Assembly (NCBI GenBank): GCA_963768055.1
Contig: CAVYGN010000002.1
Coordinates: 320,001 to 384,000, forward strand
Reading direction: 5' to 3'
Length of the DNA: 64,000 nucleotides
Source of the DNA: an uncultured Spirochaetota bacterium
Lineage (GTDB): Bacteria > Spirochaetota > Brevinematia > Brevinematales > JAOACQ01
The notes under the pieces are model-generated. The model was given only the letters and a program-made list of their open reading frames with translations, searched no databases and was not told the DNA's origin. Within the stretch, counting starts at the first letter, position 1. Each line of letters starts with the position of its first letter. This document shows positions 38,129-49,079 of this stretch, in pieces. The translations under genes and the position numbers were made by a program.

Positions 38129-39523
38129 TCAGTCGATCAGGTTCTTGAGCTCTTTCCCGGCCGCTTTGATAAATGAGCCGGGAATACCGCCTTTTGAAGC
38201 TGCGGTAACGCTTAGTTTTATATTCCTGGAAGATAAAATTTCTCCGGTGGAGGTATCGATAAGCTGAGCGGTAAGGCTGTAAACCCCGAGATATCTGTCA
38301 AGTTCTTTGTTATACTGTGCATTATCCGGCGCGTTAAACTTTATGATCATGACCCTTTTTATTCCGACGGACGAAAGCTCCTTCAGAGATTCGGGGTTTT
38401 CTTCCGAAAAGCTTTCAAGTGTTAAATCCGGAGGGATTTTCACCACCTTATATCCTTTCAGGATCAGATAGTCCTGAACCTTCGCCGTCAAATCCGGTAT
38501 TCCGGATATCACGGATACGGGAATATTCATATTTTCCAGAGAAAACGTGCGGAATTCCGAATGAGCGGCAGCACGGTCCATAGCGTCCCTTAATGCTGCG
38601 GAATCTATTCCGGAAAAATCAATAGATAAAACGGCCCTGATAATGTTACCCGGCTTAGCCTCTTTAAGACTGTTGATCCTGCATAGAACTATGCCGTTCG
38701 TCTCCGACACCCCGGTCCGCGAGTAATCTCCTTCGTTATTTTTTATCAGAAAGGAAACCCTTACTCCGCCGAGGGGCGTTTTTCCCGAATTACCATTGTA
38801 GGATACGATAAAACGGAATACATTGCCCTTCCCCATATCGATGGATGAAGGATTATCAGTTGATTCAACGGCAATATTGTCCAGCAGTTTTTCTGCTTTG
38901 CTTATATAAATGGGTATTTCATCCGATCTTTCCTTAACATTCATAGCGGACACCGCCGCAGCCAGGTATGAGTTTACCGCGGCGATAATGTTCCCGGAAC
39001 CGATAAAGCCTTCAGCCTCTTTTAAATTATCATCAACCAGGGCCATCTTTCTTTGAAGTTCGGACAATATTCTTGACCTTTCCCTTTCCAGGTCCGTATA
39101 GGAAATTTTTGCCAGGACCCAGACTTTATAAACGACAAGCCCGGAGTCCTCAGTCTTTTCATAATAAATGTCCTCTGTTTCAACTCCTGTAAGATTGACG
39201 GCGCTTTTGCTTTTGATCGTTTCCGTGTAAGTTTTTCTCAATTCTTCGTTGTCGCCCAACCCTCCGGAAGTAGTTAGAACTTTTTCAACCGATGTTTCTT
39301 CAAAGATAGCGTCCGCTATAAATCCTTTCGCATTCTGGAAAGCCTTGGCCTTGATGTCTTCCAGATTGCCGGTATCCTCGACATAACCTACCGAATAAAA
39401 AAACACTTTGTCTTTTTTTGGAGTGCTGGCCCAGGGAGGTTCGTTTGCATGAACCGGATTTCCCCGGGTTAATGCCGGTATAACGAAAAAAAATAACGGG
39501 AGAAAGTATAAAACCTTCCTCAT
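38129..39523 (-). CDS. exported LPP20-like protein
   Basis: Signal peptide, PPWA...YSVG...KAFQNA LPP20-like N-domain. Confidence 0.6.
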   Translation of the reverse strand: MRKVLYFLPLFFFVIPALTRGNPVHANEPPWASTPKKDKVFFYSVGYVEDTGNLEDIKAKAFQNAKGFIADAIFEETSVEKVLTTSGGLGDNEELRKTYTETIKSKSAVNLTGVETEDIYYEKTEDSGLVVYKVWVLAKISYTDLERERSRILSELQRKMALVDDNLKEAEGFIGSGNIIAAVNSYLAAAVSAMNVKERSDEIPIYISKAEKLLDNIAVESTDNPSSIDMGKGNVFRFIVSYNGNSGKTPLGGVRVSFLIKNNEGDYSRTGVSETNGIVLCRINSLKEAKPGNIIRAVLSIDFSGIDSAALRDAMDRAAAHSEFRTFSLENMNIPVSVISGIPDLTAKVQDYLILKGYKVVKIPPDLTLESFSEENPESLKELSSVGIKRVMIIKFNAPDNAQYNKELDRYLGVYSLTAQLIDTSTGEILSSRNIKLSVTAASKGGIPGSFIKAAGKELKNLID

Positions 39524-39590
39524 ATAATCCTCCGTTAAAGAATCGATAATTAATATAGCATTAATTTTCTATGATTACAATCGGACTTAC

Positions 39591-40178
39591 TTATCTCTCC
39601 AGGAAAATTTCATTTCCATTTTTTATCATAACAATACCGCTGTCTTTGGAAAAATAAAGAAGACAGGTTTGATCGAGAAGTTTGAGTTCTCCGGATATTA
39701 TATTGTAATACGGCCTTGCTATGGAGGGATCGCTGAATTTATTGTAATATTTTAACAATTTGAATGACATGTTCTCGCCGATTTCGACCTCTTTATCAAA
39801 TACGGGAACCGCCGGAAAAACGTACAGCATGGGCGGGAAAGTCCTCGTATAGGCTCCGTCCCTCAATTCATTCAAATAAATATTTCCATTAGTTAAAAGG
39901 GTCATTTTTAAAGAGTAGATAAACTTTTCATTGGATAGTTTCATAATAATAAGCCAGTTTAGAAAAAACTTGTCGATAGTCTCGCTGGTTCTCGGGATTT
40001 CAATCTTAAGCGAAATATCGATAGTATTGCTTTTATTTGACGCCAGGCTTTCGCTGTAATTGGGATTGACCGGAAAATAGGATATGTCGGGAATATGGAC
40101 GGAAAATGACCGGCGGAAAGAAAATAACAGCGAAAATACCGCAAAAAGCAATAGGATGAGTTTATTTATCGGGGTCAT
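39591..40178 (-). CDS. hypothetical protein with N-terminal membrane anchor
   Basis: 195-aa ORF overlapping upstream TPR gene. Confidence 0.6.
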   Translation of the reverse strand: MTPINKLILLLFAVFSLLFSFRRSFSVHIPDISYFPVNPNYSESLASNKSNTIDISLKIEIPRTSETIDKFFLNWLIIMKLSNEKFIYSLKMTLLTNGNIYLNELRDGAYTRTFPPMLYVFPAVPVFDKEVEIGENMSFKLLKYYNKFSDPSIARPYYNIISGELKLLDQTCLLYFSKDSGIVMIKNGNEIFLER

Positions 40179-41301
40179 ACTCTGTATACTCTTCTATCTC
40201 GTTTTGAAAATTCTCGATCGTTGATGATGCAAGTTTCGAGGTGAATTCTTTTTTATCATTGAATATTGCGCTGTATTTTTCATATACTTCCGCAGTTTTT
40301 TCCCGTTGGCCCGTATCTTCGTATATTTTGGCAAGTATCAGGACGACCCTCGAGTCATTAGGGTACTTTTTAAGGTAATCGCCGCACATTTCAACAGCTT
40401 TGTCCCATTCCTTCCTTTCGATATGGATCCGTATGAGCCCGATCATAGTGTACTTATTCGAACTGGTTGCCATTACTTCCAGGTAGATTTTTTCAGCATC
40501 TTCTATTTTACCGACCTTCAGATAACAATCGGCAAGCCTTGTAAGTATCCTGTCGTTATTGGGTTCCTTTGACAGGATTTTTTTCCAGTACTTTATTGCG
40601 TCCCTGAACCTTTTCTTACCTCGGAGGGAATCCGCTATTCCATAAAGCGCGTAAAAATTGTTTCTATCTATTTCAAGCGCTTTCTGGTAGTAATCTATCG
40701 CCTTATCGAACTGCTTCCAGGTCCGGTAAATATTACCCACCATCGTAAGAATGTTAATAAATTTCGGGTTTATTTCAAGAAGGGTTTTCCAGTGTTCAAG
40801 CGCCTTGTTGAATTTCTTGTTCTTATAATAAAGATCGCCCAGCCCCATAAGGGCAAATTTGTTTTTCGAATTCAGATCGAGCGACATGAGATAATATTTT
40901 TCTGCGTTGGAAAAATCGTTCTTTTTCCTGTAAGCGTCGGCGATGCGGGTTGTTACAAGGAAATCCCCCGGATCGATGGTGAGGACCGTGAACCAATATT
41001 CCAGCGCCTTATCCCAATCCTTTAATCCCCTGTAACTATCGGCCATTCCAAGCATAGCCTTCTTGTTCTTTGCGTCGATATTGAGTATGTCTTTAAAATA
41101 GGGAATCGCTTCCTCAAAATACAGCTGCTCTCTAAGGCAGTCACCGATACCCTGAAGCGCCTCCAGCATCCGGGGACTGTCAGTTTCTCCGGATGACCTT
41201 AATTCGTTGAGTATGAGGGAATAAATCTTTTCCGTTTCCTCATACTCCTGCTGTTTATATAAACTTTTCGCTTTTTCGAACTCATCATTGATATTTATCA
41301 T
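40162..41301 (-). CDS. tetratricopeptide repeat protein
   Basis: About 9 TPR repeats (A..G.AD.Y...A..Y). Confidence 0.9.
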   Translation of the reverse strand: MININDEFEKAKSLYKQQEYEETEKIYSLILNELRSSGETDSPRMLEALQGIGDCLREQLYFEEAIPYFKDILNIDAKNKKAMLGMADSYRGLKDWDKALEYWFTVLTIDPGDFLVTTRIADAYRKKNDFSNAEKYYLMSLDLNSKNKFALMGLGDLYYKNKKFNKALEHWKTLLEINPKFINILTMVGNIYRTWKQFDKAIDYYQKALEIDRNNFYALYGIADSLRGKKRFRDAIKYWKKILSKEPNNDRILTRLADCYLKVGKIEDAEKIYLEVMATSSNKYTMIGLIRIHIERKEWDKAVEMCGDYLKKYPNDSRVVLILAKIYEDTGQREKTAEVYEKYSAIFNDKKEFTSKLASSTIENFQNEIEEYTEYDPDK

Positions 41302-41325
41302 TTTCTTCCTCCCATTCGGACGGGA

Positions 41326-43905
41326 TTAATCCAGCCACTTAATTAAACCCATCTCAAACTTATGCGCTGCGCCTTCATAAAAAGGGAAAACCCTTATCGT
41401 ATACTCGTAGTTTCCACCGTCTGCAGGGTTTAAAGTCCCGTTAAAAAGGAAGCGGCCTCCGCCGAGGTCTTCTGATTGGTCCATTCTGAAAGTCAGGTTG
41501 TCTTCAAGAACATTTCCTCTATCGTCTATTTTCCTGTAATATATTTCAACAGCTATATCCTGGGGCTTTAACTGCCCCAGAAATATCGTTATGCCGATAT
41601 TGAAGCCCTTCCCCTGCAGCTCTTCCGTGGTCTCGCCCGATCTCGTCATCGAATCCTGTTCAATTCGAATCTGGTGCCATTGGGATATTACCCTGCTCTT
41701 GAAGGCAGTTACAGATCTGGCCTTTGCATAACCGTCCAATGAAAATTCCCTGCCCTGGAGTGCGGCTTTCAGATAAAACTTTTCCGTGTATTCCTTCACC
41801 ATTCTATCTGTGCTGAAATGAGGTATAACGGTCTGCATCGATTGTTTCATTTTTTTTACCCATTTGACAGGTATTCCGTCCTTGTCCCTGTCGTAATAAA
41901 GCGGAACGATGATTTTTTCAAGTTTTGAATATATATCAAGACCGTCTTCCTTATCCTGGACATCATTACTTGGATACTCCCTTTCCATTCCAATGGACCA
42001 TCCGCAGTCCGTATTAATATTATATGCTTCTCTCCACCAACCGTCAAGGACGCTGAAATTGATCACGCCGTTGATCGGGCCTTTCATACCGCTTGTACCG
42101 CTCGCTTCATAAGGCCTTCTGGGAGTATTAAGCCATACATCCACTCCCTGGATAAGGTATCTTGCAACATTCATATCATAATCTTCCAGGAAGAATATTT
42201 TGCCCTTGAATCCTTCCTGCCTTGCTATATCGAAGATCATTTTTATAAATTCCTGACCGGGCTTGTCTTTAGGGTGCGCCTTTCCCGAAAAAATAATCTG
42301 CATAGGCATATCATGATTATTAAGGATCTTTTTAATTCTTTCCATGTCCCGGAATATAAGGACTGCCCTTTTATATGTCGCAAAACGCCTGGCAAAACCT
42401 ATAGTTAAGTAATCAGGGTTGAGCAGGCTGTCGGCGTCTTCTGAAATTTCCGATATCATCACTCCGTATCTCTTCCACTCCTCGGTCGCTTTTTTCCTGA
42501 TATATTCGATCATTTTAAGTTTCAGGGCCTGGTGCGCCTTCCATAATTCCTTATCGGGAATATTCTTTATGTTTTCCCAGAATTTCTCGTCGTTCAGGCG
42601 GCTACCCCAGTCTCCGCCCAGGTGAATCCCGAACAAAATTTTCATCTCTTCAGCCATCCAGGTCCGGGTATGAACGCCGTTTGTTATATGATCGATAGGA
42701 TTTTCTTCAAAAGGAACGCCGTCCCACGTTTTTTCCCATAGTTTTCTCGACACATGGCCATGGAGCTCGCTCACTCCATTTGCCCTTCCGGCAATTTTCA
42801 ATGCGAGCATCGTCAGGCTGAAAATTTGCGATCCGCCGGGATCTATTTCCTTTCCCAGGTCAAGAAACATGTTTTCGCTGATTTTAAGCTTATCAAGAAA
42901 TGATCGAAAGTACTTGGACATTAATTGAAGAGGAAAAGCGTCATTACCTGCCGGAACGGGGGTATGGGTGGTGAATATCGTACTGGACCTGACTAATTCC
43001 AGGGCTTCTGCAAAAGAAAGGCCTTCGGAGACATACTCCCTAATCCTTTCCAATCCCATAAAAACAGAATGGCCCTCGTTCATATGCCACACTGTAGGTT
43101 TCAGGCCGAGGGCCCTCAAGGTTTTCACGCCGCCGATGCCGAGAATTATTTCCTGGGTGATCCTCATTTCCTGGTCGCCCCCGTAAAGCTGCGATGTGAA
43201 CCACCTGTCATCCGTTTTGTTTTTATCGATATTTGTATCCAGAAGGTAGACCCTTACCCTTCCGGCCTGTATATACCATATATTTGCATATACCTTTCGT
43301 CCGGGTAAATCGACGTCGACGGTAAGCTGCATGCCGCTATGGTCGTGCGCTTTATTAAGAGGAAACTGTGAAAAATCCAGGTTGTAATACACGGCTTCCT
43401 GCCACCCCTCGTTTGAAAGTTTCTGTGTAAAATAACCCTGCTTGTAAAGGAGCCCTATTCCCACGAAAGGCAGGTTTATATCGCTTGCGCTTTTCACATG
43501 GTCTCCGGCTAATATTCCAAGGCCCCCCGAATATATGGGCAGGGATTCATGTATGCCGTATTCGGCCGAGAAATAGGCTATGAGATCGTCTTTAAATTCC
43601 TGATGGGTTTCGTGAAACCAGGTGTCTGTAACGCCCAGGTAAGCGTCGAACTCTTCCATGACTTTATTATAAATATCGATGTAAGCCCTGGATTTCGAAG
43701 ATTTTTCGAGTTTCTCCTGTGTGACATAGAGAAGTAATTTCACGGGATTGTGATAAACTTTTTCCCAGAGTTCTTCATCAAGAGACTGGTATATTTTCAA
43801 CGCGGAAGGGTTCCAGGACCACCACAGGTTATAAGCAAGTTCTTTAATCCTTTCTATATTTGATGGAATTTCAGGGTTGATCTTCACCATTCCGGCATAA
43901 TTCAT
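41326..43905 (-). CDS. glgP: alpha-glucan (glycogen/maltodextrin) phosphorylase
   Basis: YSGGLGILAGD, ARRFATYKRA, PLP site EASGTSGMK. Confidence 0.95.
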   Translation of the reverse strand: MNYAGMVKINPEIPSNIERIKELAYNLWWSWNPSALKIYQSLDEELWEKVYHNPVKLLLYVTQEKLEKSSKSRAYIDIYNKVMEEFDAYLGVTDTWFHETHQEFKDDLIAYFSAEYGIHESLPIYSGGLGILAGDHVKSASDINLPFVGIGLLYKQGYFTQKLSNEGWQEAVYYNLDFSQFPLNKAHDHSGMQLTVDVDLPGRKVYANIWYIQAGRVRVYLLDTNIDKNKTDDRWFTSQLYGGDQEMRITQEIILGIGGVKTLRALGLKPTVWHMNEGHSVFMGLERIREYVSEGLSFAEALELVRSSTIFTTHTPVPAGNDAFPLQLMSKYFRSFLDKLKISENMFLDLGKEIDPGGSQIFSLTMLALKIAGRANGVSELHGHVSRKLWEKTWDGVPFEENPIDHITNGVHTRTWMAEEMKILFGIHLGGDWGSRLNDEKFWENIKNIPDKELWKAHQALKLKMIEYIRKKATEEWKRYGVMISEISEDADSLLNPDYLTIGFARRFATYKRAVLIFRDMERIKKILNNHDMPMQIIFSGKAHPKDKPGQEFIKMIFDIARQEGFKGKIFFLEDYDMNVARYLIQGVDVWLNTPRRPYEASGTSGMKGPINGVINFSVLDGWWREAYNINTDCGWSIGMEREYPSNDVQDKEDGLDIYSKLEKIIVPLYYDRDKDGIPVKWVKKMKQSMQTVIPHFSTDRMVKEYTEKFYLKAALQGREFSLDGYAKARSVTAFKSRVISQWHQIRIEQDSMTRSGETTEELQGKGFNIGITIFLGQLKPQDIAVEIYYRKIDDRGNVLEDNLTFRMDQSEDLGGGRFLFNGTLNPADGGNYEYTIRVFPFYEGAAHKFEMGLIKWLD

Positions 43906-44189
43906 AAAAAAACGTCCCGTGTTTAAAAAGAATTTTTAACTTATAAACACTTAATTAATTACACAATATAATATTATAGAATAATACAGTCTTTTTTCAA
44001 TATAATACCGCGTGTTATTGTAAACTAAAACACCGGTTAAATCAATATTATCAGTTTAAACAGCATTCAAACTCCTTTATGATACTAATTTTTAACATTG
44101 AGGAGGCATGACGCTCGAAATGACATTACTGCCATCGAAAAAAGGTCATTTCGAAAACCCCGGTATATTTACAGCCGAATTTAAATTGA

Positions 44190-44433
44190 TATATTGATGT
44201 TATAAAACAAATTTTATTGCGCGTTGTCGAAGTAAGCGTAGTAGTTGCCGTTGAAAAACGGCGAAAGCAAGCGCTTATTTGAGCCGCTCATAGTATTTAA
44301 ACTATTTCATATAGATAAAATAATTTTTTATTAAAAAAGGCATTCAATCAGTGCTTGCCGACGTTTTGAAACGCCGCAACTCAAGCTTACGAGTACAGCA
44401 CAATAAAATTTGATTTCATAAAATATCGATATA
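44190..44433. repeat. long imperfect inverted repeat (~100-nt arms)
   Basis: CAAATTTTATTG/CAATAAAATTTG, GTAAGC/GCTTAC, AGTTGC/GCAACT and GCAAGCGCT/AGTGCTTGC pair in nested order. Confidence 0.75.
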
Positions 44434-44501
44434 TTGTTTAATCGGCCCCCCTTGATTAATCCTGTTATATTTATTAATTTATATAACAAACCGGAGGCCT
44501 T

Positions 44502-45986
44502 ATGGATTTCAAAACCCTGGCTTATAATCAATCGCTGACACTTCTTACCGATTTTTATCAGATGACCATGTCCTACGCTTACTGGAAGAGCGGTACATAC
44601 AATAAAGAATCTGTTTTTCACCTGTTTTTCAGGAAAAATCCCTTCGGCGGCGGTTTTACGATAGCCGCCGGCCTGGAGTATGTGGCTGATTTCCTTGAAA
44701 ATTTCTATTTTGACAAATCCGATCTTGAATATGTATCGTCTTTAAAAGGGAACAACGGCAAACCGATTTTCGAGGAAGATTTTATAGATTATCTCATGAA
44801 TTTCCGTTTTGAATGCGATGTCGACGCCCTGCCCGAAGGCAGCGTTGTTTTCCCTAACGAACCGATCATTCGTACGCGGGGCCCCATCATTCAATGCCAG
44901 CTCCTGGAAACTATTTTTCTTAATATAATTAATTTTCAGACCCTTGTGGCAACCAAAGCGGCCAGGATCGTTCTTGCGGCTAAAGGCGATCCTGTTATCG
45001 AATTCGGACTGAGGAGAGCGCAGGGAGTTGACGGAGCCCTGGCGGCCAGCAGGGCGGCTTATATAGGAGGCTGTGCCGCAACTTCAAACATGATGGCTGG
45101 AAAGCTGCTTGGCATCCCTGTGAGGGGGACTCATGCCCATAGCTGGGTAATGTCGTTTGACGATGAAGAAGAGTCTTTCATGGAATACGCCAAAGCTCTT
45201 CCAAACAACTGTATCTTCCTGGTTGACACGTATAACAGCCTTGAAGGCGTAAGAAAGGCCGTTAAAGCCGGCTTCTGGCTAAGGGAGCACGGTTCTGAAA
45301 TGATAGGGATAAGGCTTGATTCAGGCGATCTCGCTTACCTTTCGATAGAGGCAAGAAAAATACTCGATGAGAACGGTTTTAATAATGCAAAGATTTTAGC
45401 CTCGAACCAGCTTGATGAGAATATAATAACAAGCCTGAAAGACCAGGGGGCCAGGATCGATATATGGGGCGTAGGAACGAAACTTGTGACCGCTTATGAC
45501 GAACCCGCTCTTGACGGCGTATACAAATTATCCGCTGTCAGGGAGCCTGATAAGGATTGGAAGTTTAAGATCAAGCTGTCAGAACAGGCGATTAAGACCA
45601 CCAATCCGGGCATCCTTCAGACCCGGCGTTTTGAAAACGGAGGGGAATACATTGCCGACTGTATTTATGATATAAATTCGGACCTCGGAGACCGCTGTGA
45701 AATAGTCGACCCGCAGGACCATACGAGAAGAAAGGCAATTGAAAAAAATACCGGATTTACAGACCTGCTTCAGCCGGTTTTCAGAAAGGGCTTAAGAGTA
45801 TATCCCAAAATCGATATCAATACTATCCGGAATAACACGCAGGCGAATCTTATAAAGTTCCATCCTGGTATTAAAAGGTTCATCAATCCTCACAGGTATC
45901 CGGTCGGCCTTGAAAAATCCCTTTTCGATATCAGGACTGCCATGATCCTATCCAACAGGAGGGGGCTTAAAGGAGGTAAATTATGA
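44502..45986 (+). CDS. pncB: nicotinate phosphoribosyltransferase
   Basis: LLTDFYQ.TM, EFGLRRAQG, GTHAHS, LVDTY, IRLDSGD. Confidence 0.95.
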   Translation: MDFKTLAYNQSLTLLTDFYQMTMSYAYWKSGTYNKESVFHLFFRKNPFGGGFTIAAGLEYVADFLENFYFDKSDLEYVSSLKGNNGKPIFEEDFIDYLMNFRFECDVDALPEGSVVFPNEPIIRTRGPIIQCQLLETIFLNIINFQTLVATKAARIVLAAKGDPVIEFGLRRAQGVDGALAASRAAYIGGCAATSNMMAGKLLGIPVRGTHAHSWVMSFDDEEESFMEYAKALPNNCIFLVDTYNSLEGVRKAVKAGFWLREHGSEMIGIRLDSGDLAYLSIEARKILDENGFNNAKILASNQLDENIITSLKDQGARIDIWGVGTKLVTAYDEPALDGVYKLSAVREPDKDWKFKIKLSEQAIKTTNPGILQTRRFENGGEYIADCIYDINSDLGDRCEIVDPQDHTRRKAIEKNTGFTDLLQPVFRKGLRVYPKIDINTIRNNTQANLIKFHPGIKRFINPHRYPVGLEKSLFDIRTAMILSNRRGLKGGKL

Positions 45987-46600
45987 AAGCTTTTCTAATC
46001 ATCGACGTGCAGAATGATTTTTGCCAGGGGGGTTCTCTGGCCGTTAAAGACGGCGAACAGGTAGTGCCTGTCATTAACAGGTTGCAGGAAAAATTCGACC
46101 TTATTCTGGCTACGCAGGACTGGCATCCAAGGGAACATGGCAGTTTTGCCAGCATGATAGGAAAACCTGTTTATGAAAAAATAAAGCTGTCGGGCCTGGA
46201 TCAGACCCTCTGGCCCGATCATTGTGTTCAGGGAACGAACGGCGCCGAATTCCATCCGGATCTCAAAAAGGATAAAATAGAAAAAGTTTTCAAGAAAGGT
46301 ACTGACAAAAACATAGACAGTTACAGCGGATTTTTCGATAACGGCCATAAAAAATCCACCGGGCTCGGCGATTATCTTAAATCAAAGGGGGTAAGCGAGG
46401 TTTATATAGCCGGCCTTGCAACCGATTACTGCGTAAAATACACTGCCCTGGATTCACGTTCCCTGGGTTTCGAGACTTATGTGATAGAGGACGCCTGCAA
46501 GGCGGTAAATATATCGCCGGATGATTCTGTAAAAGCCCTGGAAGAAATGAAAAGGGTCGGCGTCAAGCTTATAAATTCGAATGAATTACTGCCAGCCTAG
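45983..46600 (+). CDS. pncA: nicotinamidase/pyrazinamidase
   Basis: IDVQNDF, DWHP, WPDHCVQ, KG, ATDYCV. Confidence 0.95.
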   Translation: MKAFLIIDVQNDFCQGGSLAVKDGEQVVPVINRLQEKFDLILATQDWHPREHGSFASMIGKPVYEKIKLSGLDQTLWPDHCVQGTNGAEFHPDLKKDKIEKVFKKGTDKNIDSYSGFFDNGHKKSTGLGDYLKSKGVSEVYIAGLATDYCVKYTALDSRSLGFETYVIEDACKAVNISPDDSVKALEEMKRVGVKLINSNELLPA

Positions 46601-47616
46601 AATAAAAGCCAGATCAATATGATAATAACGATAAAGGCTGTGATCCCGATCAGTATGAAAATGATATTCATCGAACCGGCGCCCTTTTTTTTCTCTTCTT
46701 TGGGCTGGGGGGGCGCGGCAGGCTGCATAAAGCCCGCTTCTTCAACCGGGCTTTTTTTCTTTCTTTTATCATCCGCGGGATCGTATTTTTTTACCTTAAC
46801 CGTGTCCTCGTCGAGCGATTTTCCGTAAATGCCGGGCCCGACGCTTACAAGGACGGTATATATCTTACCTTCCTTTGTCATCTTGACAACTGTGGCCGGT
46901 ATGGGGATGATCTCGTTATTTTCCGAGGCATTCAGAAGATCGATAAAGTATTGGCCCCTGCTGGTCTGTTCGGTTATTTTTATAAAGATCTTGTCGCCTT
47001 CTTTAAGGTCATAGAGGGGTATCCCTGAAATAGGGGAGAGGATTAACGAAACCTCGAGAATTACTGCCGATTCTTCAAGGGTCGGCATCGAACTCGGAAG
47101 GGGCTGGCCTTCTTTATCCGGAGTAGAAAGCATTTCCTTGGCTTCCCTTTCGTTGCGATATTTTTTAGCTTCCTCAACCTCGCTCTTCAAAATATTTTCA
47201 ACAGCGATTTCGCATTTTACCGCCTTATCAGTCGTCGGCCGCGCAAGGACCTCGTCAAAAATATCGCTTACCTTGCTTATCTGAGCTTTTTTTACATTAG
47301 ACCAGATATCCTGGGTCCTTCCGGTGCCGGCCTGGAAAATATCGTCAAAACTCGCCTGAATATCATGCGTCAGACTTGTAGCATATTCTCCCTTCCATTT
47401 CAGCTTTGCAATGATTTCTTCGAATTCATGCCAGGGCATATTAACATTATTTTCATATAAGGTGCTGAAATGAGATGAAACTATGTCGTATTTTTCTACG
47501 TTTTTGGTCACGTTATCAAGAAAGATAATAAACACGCCGAAGGAACTTGTAGCGGGAGCCCTGAATCTCCCTTTTATCACTATAAAGGTGTTTTCCATTC
47601 TTATTTCCGGATTCAT
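46597..47616 (-). CDS. hypothetical protein with C-terminal membrane anchor (DUF4899-like)
   Basis: LSPISG motif, C-terminal TM. Confidence 0.6.
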   Translation of the reverse strand: MNPEIRMENTFIVIKGRFRAPATSSFGVFIIFLDNVTKNVEKYDIVSSHFSTLYENNVNMPWHEFEEIIAKLKWKGEYATSLTHDIQASFDDIFQAGTGRTQDIWSNVKKAQISKVSDIFDEVLARPTTDKAVKCEIAVENILKSEVEEAKKYRNEREAKEMLSTPDKEGQPLPSSMPTLEESAVILEVSLILSPISGIPLYDLKEGDKIFIKITEQTSRGQYFIDLLNASENNEIIPIPATVVKMTKEGKIYTVLVSVGPGIYGKSLDEDTVKVKKYDPADDKRKKKSPVEEAGFMQPAAPPQPKEEKKKGAGSMNIIFILIGITAFIVIIILIWLLF

Positions 47617-47795
47617 AACAACCTCAACTCAAATCGGACCTGTTTTTTAACTCGAAGCATAATTATAATTATTAATGTTTGAAACAGCAATTTTTGCTTC
47701 TATTACTGCTGCTTCATATGCTTTATATTTACTTAAATAGTAATATTCTTTATAATCTTTGGTAATGATATCGGAAAGGACAGGTATTATCTTGA

Positions 47796-49079
47796 ATGGA
47801 CATCATATTATATCTTTCATCAAAATATTTGAAATTCAAGGCAAGCGACAGGGGCTTATCCGTCATATCAGTAATTGCTTTACTAACTATCGTAATCAGT
47901 TGCGCCGCCGCTATAGTTATTCTATCCGCGGCTAACGGCATCCATGACAACTTTATGCAGAAACTCATGGCAAGGGATTTTCATGCGGAAATTATCGGGC
48001 CCGGGCGGGGGATTCCGAATTATGAAAATATCATAAAAAACCTGCTTAAAATAAAAGGGGTCACGGAAGTTTTCCCATATTTTGAAAAACAGGTACTTTT
48101 TAAAGGCGATTACAGCCCATGGGGCGCAATGGTCGAAGGCATGCCTGTTGACATTTACACGAAAGACACGGATTTCAGCAAGCAATTTAAACTCAACGAG
48201 GGTGATTATTCCTTCAGGAGGAGTAAATCTGTCGGAATCGGCTATAATCTTGCCATAAACCTTGGCGTCGGGATAGGAGACACGGTCGGAATGATGGTTT
48301 ACGGCGACGATTTCATCCCTGTCGAATACCGTTTCAGGATCGCTTCGGTTTTTACAGCAGGCCAGAAAGATTTTGATTCGTCCCTGGCTTTTATCTCATT
48401 TGACGACGCCCGGGAGATTTTCAATGCGGGCAATTATGTTAACGGGATCAGGCTGAAAGTCGCAGACCCGTACAACATCGAAAAATACATGCCCCAGCTG
48501 AGAAAAACCGCCCCATACTACGTTTATAGCTGGAAAGATCTGCACCACAACGATCTGGCAGCGCTTCAGGACGAAAAAATGCTCATCAATATTATTCTTT
48601 TCTTCTTTTTCTTCGTAGTAGCTTTCAATATTTTAAGCACAATGATCGCTATGGTAATCGATAAGAAGGAGGAAATAGGAATTTTAAAAGCGATGGGTTT
48701 AAAGCCCAGCGGAACGCTCCAGGTCTTCCTGTTCGACGGATTTCTCCTTGGAGTCGGGGGCAGCCTGGTAGGCATTATAGCGGGGCTTTTAGTCACCGTC
48801 ACACTGAATGATATATTAAAGCTGATTGAAATTGTAATAAATTTTATAACATCGTCCGGCTATTCTCTTGCCAGGCTGATTAAACCGGTCGAACCGCCGG
48901 TCGAGTTCCAATTTTTTAATTCGAATGTTTACTATATTGATAAATTCCCGATAAAGATACTCTTCGGAGACATTATTTTTGTCATGCTTCTATCGGTAAC
49001 CTTATCGACGATAGCGGTAATAATGCCGGCCATGAACGCTTCAAGATTCAGGCCTGTCGAGGTGCTGAGAAATGACTAG
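47796..49079 (+). CDS. lolC: lipoprotein-releasing ABC transporter permease (LolC/E family)
   Basis: EIGILKAMG, PA..ASR.RPVEVLR; precedes LolD. Confidence 0.85.
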   Translation: MDIILYLSSKYLKFKASDRGLSVISVIALLTIVISCAAAIVILSAANGIHDNFMQKLMARDFHAEIIGPGRGIPNYENIIKNLLKIKGVTEVFPYFEKQVLFKGDYSPWGAMVEGMPVDIYTKDTDFSKQFKLNEGDYSFRRSKSVGIGYNLAINLGVGIGDTVGMMVYGDDFIPVEYRFRIASVFTAGQKDFDSSLAFISFDDAREIFNAGNYVNGIRLKVADPYNIEKYMPQLRKTAPYYVYSWKDLHHNDLAALQDEKMLINIILFFFFFVVAFNILSTMIAMVIDKKEEIGILKAMGLKPSGTLQVFLFDGFLLGVGGSLVGIIAGLLVTVTLNDILKLIEIVINFITSSGYSLARLIKPVEPPVEFQFFNSNVYYIDKFPIKILFGDIIFVMLLSVTLSTIAVIMPAMNASRFRPVEVLRND

